DNA of 64,000 nucleotides from Haliotis rufescens (Eukaryota): contig NW_025964001.1 in the NCBI RefSeq assembly GCF_023055435.1, positions 60,822,001 to 60,886,000 on the forward strand. Reading direction: 5' to 3'. Shown here piece by piece: positions 52,950-64,000 of the stretch (positions within the stretch are counted from its first letter, which is position 1; the number at the start of each line of letters is the position of its first letter). Under the pieces are notes generated by a model. The model saw nothing but the letters and a program-made list of their open reading frames with translations, had not been told where the DNA came from and ran no database searches. A program made the translations under genes and the position numbers.

Positions 52950-54135
52950 GTATTCATCACATTCAGCATTGTGGGTACAGCATTCATCACATTCAGCATT
53001 GTGGGTATTGTATTCATCACATTCAGCATTGTGGGTACAGCATTCATCACATTCAGCATTGTGGGTATTGTATTCATCACATTCAGCATTGTGGTACAGC
53101 ATTATCACATTCAGCATTGTCGGTACAGCATTCATCACATTCAGCTTTGTCAGTACAGCATTCGTCACATTCAGCATTGTGGGTACAATATTCATCATAT
53201 TCAGCACTGTGGTACAGCATTCATCACATTCAGCATTGTGGGTACAGCATTCATCACATTCAGCATTGTGGGTACAATATTCATCACATTCAGGATTGTG
53301 GTACAGCATTCATCATATTCAGCACTGTGGGTACAGCATTCGTCACATTCAGCATTGTGGGTACAGCATTCATCACATTCAGCATTGTGGGAACAATATT
53401 CATCACATTCAGCATTGTGGGTACAGCATTCATCACATTCAGCACTGTGGGTACAATATTCATCACATTCAGCATTGTGGGTAAAGCATTCATCACATTC
53501 AGCACTGTGGGTATTGTATTCATCACATTCAGCACTGTGGGTACAATATTCATCACATTCAGCACTGTGGGTACAATATTCATCACATTCAGCACTGTGG
53601 GTACAATATTCATCACATTCAGCACTGTGGGTACAGCATTCATCACATTCAGCATTGTGGGTACAATATTCATCAAATTCAGCATTGTTGGTACAGCATT
53701 CATCACATTCAGCACTGTGGGTACAGCATTCATCACATTCAGCACTGTGGGTACAATATTCATCAAATTCAGCATTGTGGGTACAGCATTCATCACATTC
53801 AGCATTGTGGGTACAGCATTCATCACATTCAGCACTGTGGGTACAATATTCATCACATTCAGCATTGTGGGTACAATATTCATCAAATTCAGCATTGTGG
53901 GTACAGCATTCATCACATTCAGCACTGTGGGTACAATATTCATCAAATTCAGCATTGTTGGTACAGCATTCATCACATTCAGCACTGTGGGTATTGTATT
54001 CATCACATTCAGCACTGTGGGTACAGACTTCATCACATTCAGCACTGTGGGTACAGACTTCATCACATTCAGCACTGTGGGTATTGTATTCATCACATTC
54101 AGGATTGTCGGTACAGAATTCATCACATTCAGCAA
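52950..54135. repeat. 30-bp minisatellite, about 39 copies
   Basis: Unit ttcatcacattcagcattgtgggtacagca. Confidence 0.97.
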
Positions 54136-57100
54136 AGCTGGTCAAGTCTTCATCGTGGGTTGTAGTCATCACACTCGGCTGATGCTAAATCGGTTTCTAA
54201 GTCCTAAGAGATGGGAAATAATATTTAACAGTTCATAAGGAATCTCTAAAACATTAGGTAATTATACATTTATTCCAAAGAATTATTTATAACCTTATAA
54301 TTATTTGTTTTATTAGTGTTTGAGTAACAGTGCTGTCATGTTTTGGATTCATTTTACAGAAAAGCATATCTTTTATAACATGTTCAATTGGTACAAAACA
54401 CACTGATCCTTCACAGGATCTGGCGCCAAATGAAAGTCAACAGTTCTAGTCACAAGGCATGCTCCACTTTCTACACACTGGCACAGATATAATTGAATGT
54501 TCAGAGAAGCAGAACTCATATCCTCTCCTGGCGCCATTTTAAAACTAAGGAAAAATAAGCTGCCCTTAGAGATGGTCAAATTAATCAATGTAGTCAGTTC
54601 TGGGGGGACTGCATGGCACCAAATATCCTGAATAATATGTCAGTTATGCATGACCACGACAGCGCACAAATTGTCTGGCAACAGCCTACTTTTTTATATT
54701 CCAGTAAACAAATCAATAACAGTGAGAGAGTTCTGAAACTAAATGCTAAAATAATGTTATTTCAATATCACAAAAGACATCAGCAGAAATATATTAACAT
54801 ATTTTCTTTCTTTTTTGCATAGAGACTGTTGTAAAAGAATATTACTTTTCTTGCTTTCATATTGCTTTGAAGCTGTTGTACTGTGTAATTGGTTGTGCAT
54901 TTGTGATCAGGTCTTCATAATAGTATGATGTTAAACCATGGTGAAGCAGTCTGTTTGTGAAGGAGGAATGCCTATGACATGACTCACTTTAACAAAATGT
55001 TGATTTTGTAACATTTAGTTCATTTGTTGTTAAACGTAGCACTCAGCAACTTCCAGCTACATGACAGCATTCAGTGAGTTTGTGTCACCTGCCAATAGAT
55101 TATCACGTGAATTCACCGAAAAATTTATAATTATGATGGCAGTAATGAACACAGAAACACTGTGATAACGTGATTAAATGGTGTATGTCAAAACAAAATG
55201 TATTTTGTGCAACATATGTATATACATGCAAGAACATATGGACAGAATTTCAGACTTGGTAGTGTGTCCTGTGTGCTTACAAAAATTAATTGTAGATTGT
55301 TGGTGAAAAAGTCTGTCTGTTGGATCTATTGGAGGAGGGTGCTTAAAACGGCGAATGTGATATTCCATGTTATGACAATAAGGTTTTTGGTGACCTTGAC
55401 CTTCATCAGAGGTCATCAATAATCTTTTCCAAATGAGCCCTTAGCTACCCTAGAAAACAATCCAAACACCATGTTTCGATCATTGAACGACAAACACTCA
55501 TGTTACTGTTTATACAAGCCAAGTTCAGCCCAAGTGACCTTGACCTTCAATGTCAACCAATCATATGTCAGGAAAATTCTCCAGGGATATATAGGAGTTA
55601 TATCAGGTACGAAGTTTCCGACATCTGCCATAAGCGTGTGGTTGAGAAAAGAACCCAAGTGAGCAACAAGAAAAACAAAATAATTCATCATTCGTATTCA
55701 TTTATCTTGAGATGCATTTTCATACAATTTAGTATCATATATAATTTCAGCTGATGACTTCACTGTGAACTAAAGCAATAATTAATATTGAGAGTCTAAA
55801 AACGAAACAAGTTTGAACTTTGGACTACAGCAAGGATAGGAACATTTATCCAGTACAAGCTGTATATGGTTCCCTACAGCTTTGTCGACCATGCCACCTA
55901 ACCCGTGTGACATCCCCTGAAATACTGCACACATCCTCCTCTTCCATATAAGAGGTGGAACTACCGTCATCGAAGCAGGGAGGCAAGGAACCACACATTC
56001 CACTCAAGTTAACTGCTGTGTAAGAGGCTACAGAGAAGTCTTGGTGCACTCAGATATTGAACACTGACAAGCGGACAACTGGGTAGAGTTTTATTCTCCC
56101 CAAGGGATCTGGCCTGTCATTGTCTGCTGGAGGCTGGAAGACCACAAATACTTCAGCATTATACCACACACTAAATACTTCAGAGCCATTGCTTCTCCCA
56201 AAATGGTTGTGAAATTGTAATTTATTAATATAACTTTACATGTTTTGTTTGTTGTTTAATGCCCACTCAGCAATATTCCAGCTATATGTTTGTTTGTTTG
56301 TTGTTTAACGCTGCACTCAGCAATATTCCAGCTCTATGTTTGTTTGTTGTTTAAGGCTGCACTCAGCAATATTTCAGCTGTATGATGGCGGTCTGTAAAT
56401 AATCGAGCCTGGACCACACAATCCAGTGATTGACATCACGAGCATCGATTTACACAATTGGAATACGATGCATGCATCAACCAAGTCAGAGAGCCTGACC
56501 ACCCGATCCCGTTAGTCGCCTCTTATGACAAGCATGGGTTGCTGAAGACCTATTCTAACCCAGGATATTCACGGTTCTCCAGCTATATGAGTGAGTGAAT
56601 GAGTATGGTTTTACGCCGCTTTTAGCAATATTCCAGCAATATCACGGCGGGGGACACCAGAAATGGGCTTCACACATTGTACCCATGTCGGGAATCGAAC
56701 CCCGGGTCTTCGGCGTGACGAGCGAACGCTTTAACCACTAGGCTACCCGACTGCCCCTTCAGCTATATGACATCGACCTGTAAATAATCAGGTCTGAATC
56801 GGACAACCGGGTGATTGATAATGTAAACAATGACACGCTATCAACCAAGTCAGCAAGTCTGACCACCCGATTCATTTGGTCGCCTTTTACGACCAGCATA
56901 AGTTGCTGGAGACCAATTCTAACCTGGAACACCACAGGGAGTTTACACATGTAACTTTAACGAATTGTACTTGATTAAGATAATTAATTATATGTATTAT
57001 TTAAACTATTTGCACAAATAATATCACAAATACTTCATGTTTAATGTGTTGGGTTTGGGTAGAATAGTTCGCGTGCTTCACCTTTACCAACTCACAGCCA

Positions 57101-57819
57101 TACCATCAACACCCAGAAGCACCTTCTAAAGGCAGATGCATATTATGAGATTACGAGATAATACTGAAGCGCATGAATTCCTCGGTTATAACCTCCTCAG
57201 AGTATTGCACAAACCAGAGTATATTTCCTAAGAAACCCTGCAAAATACATCACAAAGCCCATAACCAAGGAGTATACAGGGAGGTTGGTTGGTTGGTTTG
57301 TTGTTTAAAGCCGCACTCAGTAATATTCCAGCTATATGATGGCGGTCTGTAAATAATCAAGTCTGGGCCAGACAATCCAGTGATTGATTTCATGAGCATC
57401 GATCCACGCAATCGGGATCGATGACATGCATCAACCATGTCAGCGAGCCTGACCACCCGATCCCGTTAGTCGCCTCTTACGACAAGCATAGTCGCCTTTT
57501 ACGGCAAGCATGGGTTGCTGAAGACCTATTCTACCCAGGATCTTCACGGGCCTACAACATCAGTGATGTCTGCACGTTCTCTCTCAAAGATCAACAGTCA
57601 TTACCTTGGATTACCTTGGATAATCACTACATTCTATACAATGTTGACATTGTAACAATCCATGTCAGACATGTTACAAGTAAAAATATGTACTAGATGT
57701 GACACTGTTTGTTGTACACTTTGAAGCAGTTGCATACAGGTTGACATACCAGGTGTGTATTCAAACAGGTTGTGGTTCATGATTTATAACAGGTTTTCTT
57801 TGATCCATGCACATTAATG

Positions 57820-58915
57820 TCTGCATGTACATTGTCCACAGTACAGGCGAGTCTGTGTGTACATTGTCCACAGTACAGGCGAGTCTGTGTGTACATCGTC
57901 CACAGTACAGGCGAGTCTGTGTGTACATCGTCCACAGTACAGGGGAGTCTGTGTGTACATTGTCCACAGTACAGGCGAGTCTGTGTGTACATCGTCCACA
58001 GTACAGGCGAGTCTGTGTGTACATTGTCCACAGTACAGGCGAGTCTGCATGTACATCGTCCACAGTACAGGCGAGTCTGTGTGTACACGTTCACACAGTA
58101 CGGGGAGACTGTGTGTACATCGTCCACAGTACAGGCGAGTCTGTGTGTACACGTTCACACAGTACAGGCGAGTCTGTGTGTACACGTTCACACAGTACAG
58201 GCGAGTCTGTGTGTACATGTTCACACAGTACAGGCGAGTCTGTGTGTACACATTCACACAGTACGGAGAGACTGTGTGTACATGTTCACACAGTACAGGC
58301 GAGTCTGTGTGTACATGTTCACACAGTACAGGCGAGTCTGTGTGTACACGTTCACACAGTACGGGGAGACTGTGTGTACATCGTCCACAGTACAGGCGAG
58401 TCTGTGTGTACACGTTCACACAGTACAGGCGAGTCTGTGTGTACACGTTCACACAGTACGGGGAGACTGTGTGTACATCGTCCACAGTACAGGCGAGTCT
58501 GTGTGTACACGTTCACACAGTACAGGCGAGTCTGTGTGTACACGTTCACACAGTACGGAGAGACGGTGTGTACATCGTCCACAGTACAGGCGAGTCTGTG
58601 TGTACATCATCCACAGTACAGACGAGTCTGTGTGTACATCGTCCACAGTACAGGCGAGTCTGTGTGTACACGTTCACACAGTACGGAGAGACGGTGTGTA
58701 CATCGTCCACAGTACAGGCGAGTGTGTGTACATCATCCACAGTACAGGCGAGTCTGTGTGTACATCATCCACAGTACAGGCGAGTCTGTGTGTACATCGT
58801 CCACAGTACAGGCGAGTCTGTGTGTACATGTTCACACAGTACAGGCAAGTCTGTGTGTACACATTCACACAGTACGGGGAGACTGTGTGTACATCGTCCA
58901 CACACCCACAGTACA
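57820..58915. repeat. 32/33-bp minisatellite, interrupted at its end by a SINE and resuming briefly at about 59048
   Basis: Unit cacagtacaggcgagtctgtgtgtacatcgtc. Confidence 0.97.
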
Positions 58916-59557
58916 TTGAGTGAGTATGGTTTTATGCCGCTTTTAGCAATATTCCAGCACCAGAAATGGGCTTTACACATTGTAGCCATGTGGGTCTTCG
59001 GCATGATGAGCGAACGCTTTAGCCACTAGGCTACCCGCCCGCCCCTCCACAGTACAGGGGAGTCTGCAGTGTGTGTACTTCAGTGCTGTATGACCCAAAT
59101 GACCTGCTCTATCGGACACGTGACGATAAATAAAACCTTTAAAAAAATCCCACTTGAAGCCCAGTGAAAAATATATCAAACATGAGTACAGGAAGAGTCA
59201 ACAACTCATCAGTGTCAGACATTGTTCATTGTTTCTGAACATGTTTACAAGAACACAACTGTAAACAGGGCAGACCATGCAGCAGATGACTATGTACAAG
59301 AGTAAAGTAGATTATAAATCCTGAAAATAAGGTCATGCAACTTCTCTCCGGATGCAGTCAGATCTGCTACGAACATGCTAGTAAGATATGAAGTCCTGTT
59401 TGAACCAATACATCAGCTCCATGAGGAGTGAGGAGTTTGACAAGAGTCAGGGAGAAATAGAAGAAGAGAGTAAATAGTTGACGCATGTCAAAGTCAACCC
59501 GTCCATCACCCATGGCTGGGAACATGCTAGAGAGGTGAAGGCCTCTTGCTCTCTCAC

Positions 59558-59611
59558 CTTGAGCCTTCTCCTTGTCTGTCAGCCCGAGTCCTGTCGGCAT
59601 TTCCTTGTGAT
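59558..59611 (-). CDS. Candidate 54-nt cassette exon of SYT14 (DHKEMPTGLGLTDKEKAQ)
   Basis: Acceptor gctactgctcccag, donor CAAG|gtgaga, 18 codons, phase 1-1, fits between the TM exon and the next exon. Confidence 0.55.
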
Positions 59612-59642
59612 CTGGGAGCAGTAGCAACACTATCGTCACCCA

Positions 59643-60332
59643 CGATGAGGCAGTGTCAAATATCAAACTTCATAAACTAGCAACACCCACTTTGTGGCAG
59701 TGTCAAATATAAAACTTCATAAACTAGCAACACCCACTATGTGGCAGTGTCAAATATCAAACTTAATAAACTAGCAACACCCACTATGTGGCAGTGTCAA
59801 ATATCAAACTTCATAAACTAGCAACACTCACTATGTGGCAGTGTCAAACATCAAGCTTTCATCGAGAAACTAGTATCACCGATGATGTAGCAGTGTCAAA
59901 CATCAAGCTTTCATACAGTAAATAGGATCACCGATGATGTGGCAGTGTCAAACATAAAACTTTCATACAGTAACTAGGATCACACATGATGTGGCAGTGT
60001 CAAACATAAAACTTTTATACAGTAACTAGGATCACCGATGATGTGGCAGTGTCAAACATCAAGCTTTCATACAGTAACTAGGATCACCGATGATGTGGCA
60101 GTGTCAAACATCAAGCTTTCATACAGTAACTAGGATCACTGATGATGTGGCAGTGTCAAACATCACACTTTCATACAGTAACTAGGATCACCGATGATGT
60201 GGCAGTGTCAAACATCAAACTTTCATACAGTAACTAGGATCACCGATGATGTGGCAGTGTCAAACATAAAACTTTCATACAGTAACTAGGATCACCGATG
60301 ATGTGGCAGTGTCAAACATCAAACTTTCATAA
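59643..60332. repeat. 47-bp and 52-bp related tandem units
   Basis: Shared tgtggcagtgtcaaa core; 47-bp period on the left, 52-bp on the right. Confidence 0.93.
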
Positions 60333-60547
60333 CTCCCTGATTATCTCCCTTCACGATTCGGTGACATTTAACTCATTGTAATAACATTGTGTTACATGCT
60401 CGGCTTTCTCTGAACACAAATCAATACAAATTTGGTAAATACAACAAGAAGCCAGCTGCTCTGTGAAGGCTTTAATTCAGGAAGAGTAGGACTGACGCTG
60501 TCGGAGACAAAGTGTTTACATTGCCAAGTACACAATCACCCAGCCTA

Positions 60548-60655
60548 GGCCCAGTTCCACAAAGTGATCTTAGCGCTACGATTGTCGTATGTCAGTGATA
60601 AAGAATGGGAGTTACGATCGTCTTAGCGCTAAGATCGCTTTGTGGAACAAAGCCC
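60548..60655. mobile_element. About 105-bp palindromic MITE; copies near 1817-1921, 20381-20483, 60844-60952 and 60953-61000
   Basis: ttccacaaag..atcttagcgct ... agcgctaagat..ctttgtggaa inverted arms recur at five places. Confidence 0.8.
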
Positions 60656-61894
60656 TGTTCATCATGACTAACCTCCCTCCTGCACTTTCCTACAGTCAAT
60701 GCTGCTATTACCGGAATGAACACTACAAGCAACACACTGGAAAAGCATGGAGACGAGGTCAAATGGAATTTAACGTTGTGTTCAATATTATTTCACGTAT
60801 ATTATAAAGCATGTGTGTGTGTGGTTGCTTGGACTAGTCCTCAGGGCCCTGTTCCACAAAACGATCTTAGCGCTGTGATTGTCGTAAGCCCATGTTCAAG
60901 TATGGGAGTTAAGATCGTCTTAGCGCTAAGATCGCTTTGTGGAACAGGAGCCTGGGCTCCATTCCACAAGGCAATCTCATATAGCGCCTAAGATGATAGC
61001 TCCAATATATCAGCTCTCTGAGCATGTTGCTTTCTGACAAGACGATGCATAAAGATTCTCAAAGATTTTTCAATATAATAAATTATTTTTGTTAACAACA
61101 CTGAATCCTATCATTGCGCTAAGACTCTTCCTTAAGTCTTTGGTTCATCCCTTCATCTGGTTTGGAGGACAAAGGGAGATGCTATATGATGGCGGACTGT
61201 AAATAATTAAGTCTGAACCAGATAATCCAGTGATTGACATCATGAGCATCGTTCCACGCAATTGGGATACGATGACATGCAATAACCAAGTCAGTGAGCC
61301 TGACCACCCGATCCTGTTCCAAGGATAGAAATCAGCACAAGCCTGCTGGCCAGGACCAGTTTGGTTTTTTTTAATGTTGAAAGTATCCTTAGAGAATTTC
61401 AAACATTTTGGGGTTAGTCATCTCTTACAACAAGCATGGTTGCCTTTTACGGCAAGCATATGGGATGCTGAAGACTATAGAGCTGAAGCAGCAGCCTTTC
61501 TGAAGCAGTGTTATCACCAACCCTGAATCCATGAAGGCTGAATAAATAGTGTAGTGAGTGATTTCTATAACCATTCCTGCATTCTATACTGGGCTGCCAT
61601 TAACATTCCTGTAACGCTGCCACGCCATGGCTACAGCAGCGTGCACGCTGCAGAATACAACTCCGCACACGGCATGCACATCAAAGTGAAAATTCATTAC
61701 ATGACAGTTGCACATGAATAACTAGGGAAAGTCAACAAATGTCTGCAAATATGTTCTGAAATTGAAGATGTGCATGACATCACCATGCATCATAGCAACA
61801 CACAGATCCATCACCCAGCCAGGGCACAGCTAGGGGATATAAACCATACTGTTACATGGCCAAGCGGAATATCATACACAGTCACAAGTACATG

Positions 61895-62825
61895 GGCGGG
61901 GAATATTACCTGAATTGTCATGATATCATAAGCTGGGAATATTTTTGAAATTGTCATGAGATCCTATTCAGGAAACATTACCTGAATTGTCAAGAGATCA
62001 TTGGTAGGGGAATATTACCATTATTGTCATGAGATCATTGGCAGGGAAATATAACCTGAATTGTCATGGGATCAGTGGTAGGGGAATATTACCATTATTG
62101 TCATGAGATCATTGGCAGGGAAATATTACCTGAATTGTCATGCGATCATTGGTAGGGGAATATTACCTGAATTGTCAAGAGATCATTGGTAGGGGAATAT
62201 TACCTGAATTGTCATGAGATCAGTGGCAGGGAAATATAACCTGAATTGTCATGGGATCAGTGGTAGGGGAATATTACCTGAATTTTCATGAGATCATTGG
62301 CAGGGAAATATTACCTGAATTGTCATGAGATCATTGGTAGGGGAATATTACCTGAATTGTCAAGAGATCATTGGCAGGGGAATATTACCTGAATTGTCAT
62401 GAGATCATTGGCAGGGGAATATTACCTGAATTGTCATGAGATCATTTGTAGGGGAATACAACCTGAATTGTCAAGAAATCATTGGTAGGGGAATATTACC
62501 ATTATTGTCATGAGATCATTGGCAGGGAAATCTTACCTGAATTGTCATGGGATCAGTGGTAGGGGAATATTACCATTATTGTCATGAGATCATTGGCAGG
62601 GCAATATTACCTGAATTGTCAAGAGATCATTGGCAGGGGAATATTACCTGAATTGTCATGAGATCATTGGCAGGGGAATATTACCTGAATTGTCAAGAGA
62701 TCATTGGTAGGGGAATATTACCTGAATTGTCAAGAGATCATTGGTAGGGGAATATTACCTGAATTGTCAAGAGATCATTGGTAGGGGAATATTACCTTTA
62801 TTGTCATGAGATCATAAGCTGGGAA
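61895..62825. repeat. 37-bp minisatellite, about 25 copies
   Basis: Unit ggggaatattacctgaattgtcatgagatcattggta. Confidence 0.96.
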
Positions 62826-63141
62826 GCCAGACTCAGCTACCAGAGCCGCCACTGGGGAAAGAGAACCCACGTCCTTATACCAGGACATGGATTGGAGGCA
62901 TAACAGTTCACTAAGTGCTAAACAAAGGTCAGATCAACTCCAGATCAGATATGTGCCCAGTTACATTGGATGAAGAGCTCATCACACAGGTCTGGCATTT
63001 CCATCCAGGAAATTGAATAAAGCCACTTCGGAATCAACCATTTGTAGAATTCAAGGCACAGAAATATATTTTTCTCATTTGAGATTTTATATGTCAAGTT
63101 AATTGTCGTTTTGCAAAAGGCACACTGATAGACATACTCAC

Positions 63142-63303
63142 CCAGTTTATTGAAAGTCTTGTCTTTCTTTGGTATTTTGTCGATGCATGGAAAGCCTCCA
63201 CACTCGGAGAAGCACAGGGACTTGTTAAGGTAGAGGAAGAAGATGACCAAGAGGACCAGAAAGGCCCCGACTGCTCCGAGGAAGGCAACAGCCTCGAGGG
63301 GAA
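63142..63303 (-). CDS. SYT14: Synaptotagmin-14-like, transmembrane exon (VPLEAVAFLGAVGAFLVLLVIFFLYLNKSLCFSECGGFP...NKLG); first exon is beyond the window
   Basis: Acceptor gtgtcctcag, donor gtgagt, 162 nt, phase 1-1; closely resembles the vertebrate SYT14 N-terminal TM region as recalled (VSPEAVGFLSAVG...FLYINKKFCFENVGGFP). Confidence 0.92.
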
Positions 63304-64000
63304 CTGAGGACACAAACAACTGGCATCAGATACAGCACCACAAAATCTGCACCATGGGTTTAAATTATTTCAAATATATATATAAACTTCAGACAAGGAC
63401 CCCTGGAACTTAACTATGGTACATAGTTCAATAAAGAAACACGGGGAAAATATTCTTCTTCAGGGGATAAAAAATACCATTGCCCGACGCCTGTGCCAAG
63501 TAAGGTTTAGTTGTCGGCAAGAAATATATATTTTCAAGCATGCCTGTGGACAAGTAAGCCACACAAAATAAACTGGGTCAAGTTTCATGAGAATGTTATC
63601 ATGTGATCAAGTTAAGATATTTCATTGGCTAATATTTTGCTAGTGTCCCAAACTGGCAATCTAATCTGCATACAGTTCCACCAGTCAATCAATGGAATTA
63701 ATACACTTCGATGATAGGCAGGTCAATTAGGCTTGTTTCATTGATAAATCGTAGTGACAATTCCATATATGGCACATGCTTCTTGGAAATTGAATGACGG
63801 ACAGTTGACTACATTTCTTGGAATTTTTAATGCGAGGTAGTTTTAGTGCCGACTTCTGACGCTTCATTAGGCCTAGCTTTGATGAAATATTTTATTTGAA
63901 TACACCAGTCACCGTTGAGGCTCACACGCTATAAATCGCAAATACTTTAGTCAAACTACAACAAATATGACTTTTAACAAGTTAAAGTATAGCATTTATG

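Noticed and set aside
55782-56130. Protein-like minus-strand ORFs in unique intronic DNA
   Set aside because: Stops interrupt the frames read from the nearby acceptor and no compatible donor was found
56680-56756. tRNA gene (A and B boxes, GTC anticodon-like loop)
   Set aside because: It is the head of a multi-copy SINE with body, tail and TSD; no convincing acceptor stem or terminator
57460-57552. Assignment of the family C 5' fold as an HDV-like, hammerhead, twister or pistol ribozyme
   Set aside because: No CUGAnGA/GAAA core, and helix order and loop sequences do not fit the other consensus models by eye; left as unclassified
46330-59029. Long Cys/His-rich ORFs at 46.3-48.2, 52.9-54.2 and 57.8-59.0 kb (metallothionein- or antifreeze-like appearance)
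   Set aside because: They are open in several frames on both strands only because the repeat units lack stops; no splice or start context

Overview
Eukaryotic, repeat-rich animal DNA. The SINE families suggest a mollusc, probably a gastropod such as abalone (inference). One spliced gene spans the window on the minus strand: a synaptotagmin-14 (SYT14/16 subfamily) homologue. Eight GT-AG, phase-compatible coding exons were reconstructed by hand: 63303-63142, 41217-41044, 38660-38386, 22762-22483, 20882-20725, 9177-8988, 6576-6364 and 4023-3923. They encode a TM segment, a linker, C2A and C2B; the first exon lies outside the window. Three extra in-phase candidate exons were found: a 54-nt cassette, a TM-less alternative first exon, and an exon running into a 4.3-kb minisatellite. 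The introns hold about 14 unrelated minisatellite arrays (roughly a third of the window), four short retroposon families (>30 copies, almost all in the gene's sense orientation), and many MITEs and DNA-transposon remnants (hAT, MULE-like, Tc1, Helentron-like). The best novelty candidate is a headless retroposon whose sharply defined 5' end is a compact, potentially pseudoknotted RNA fold (possible self-cleaving or processing element). Most long ORFs in the track are repeat artefacts. There is no CRISPR, rRNA or true tRNA gene.
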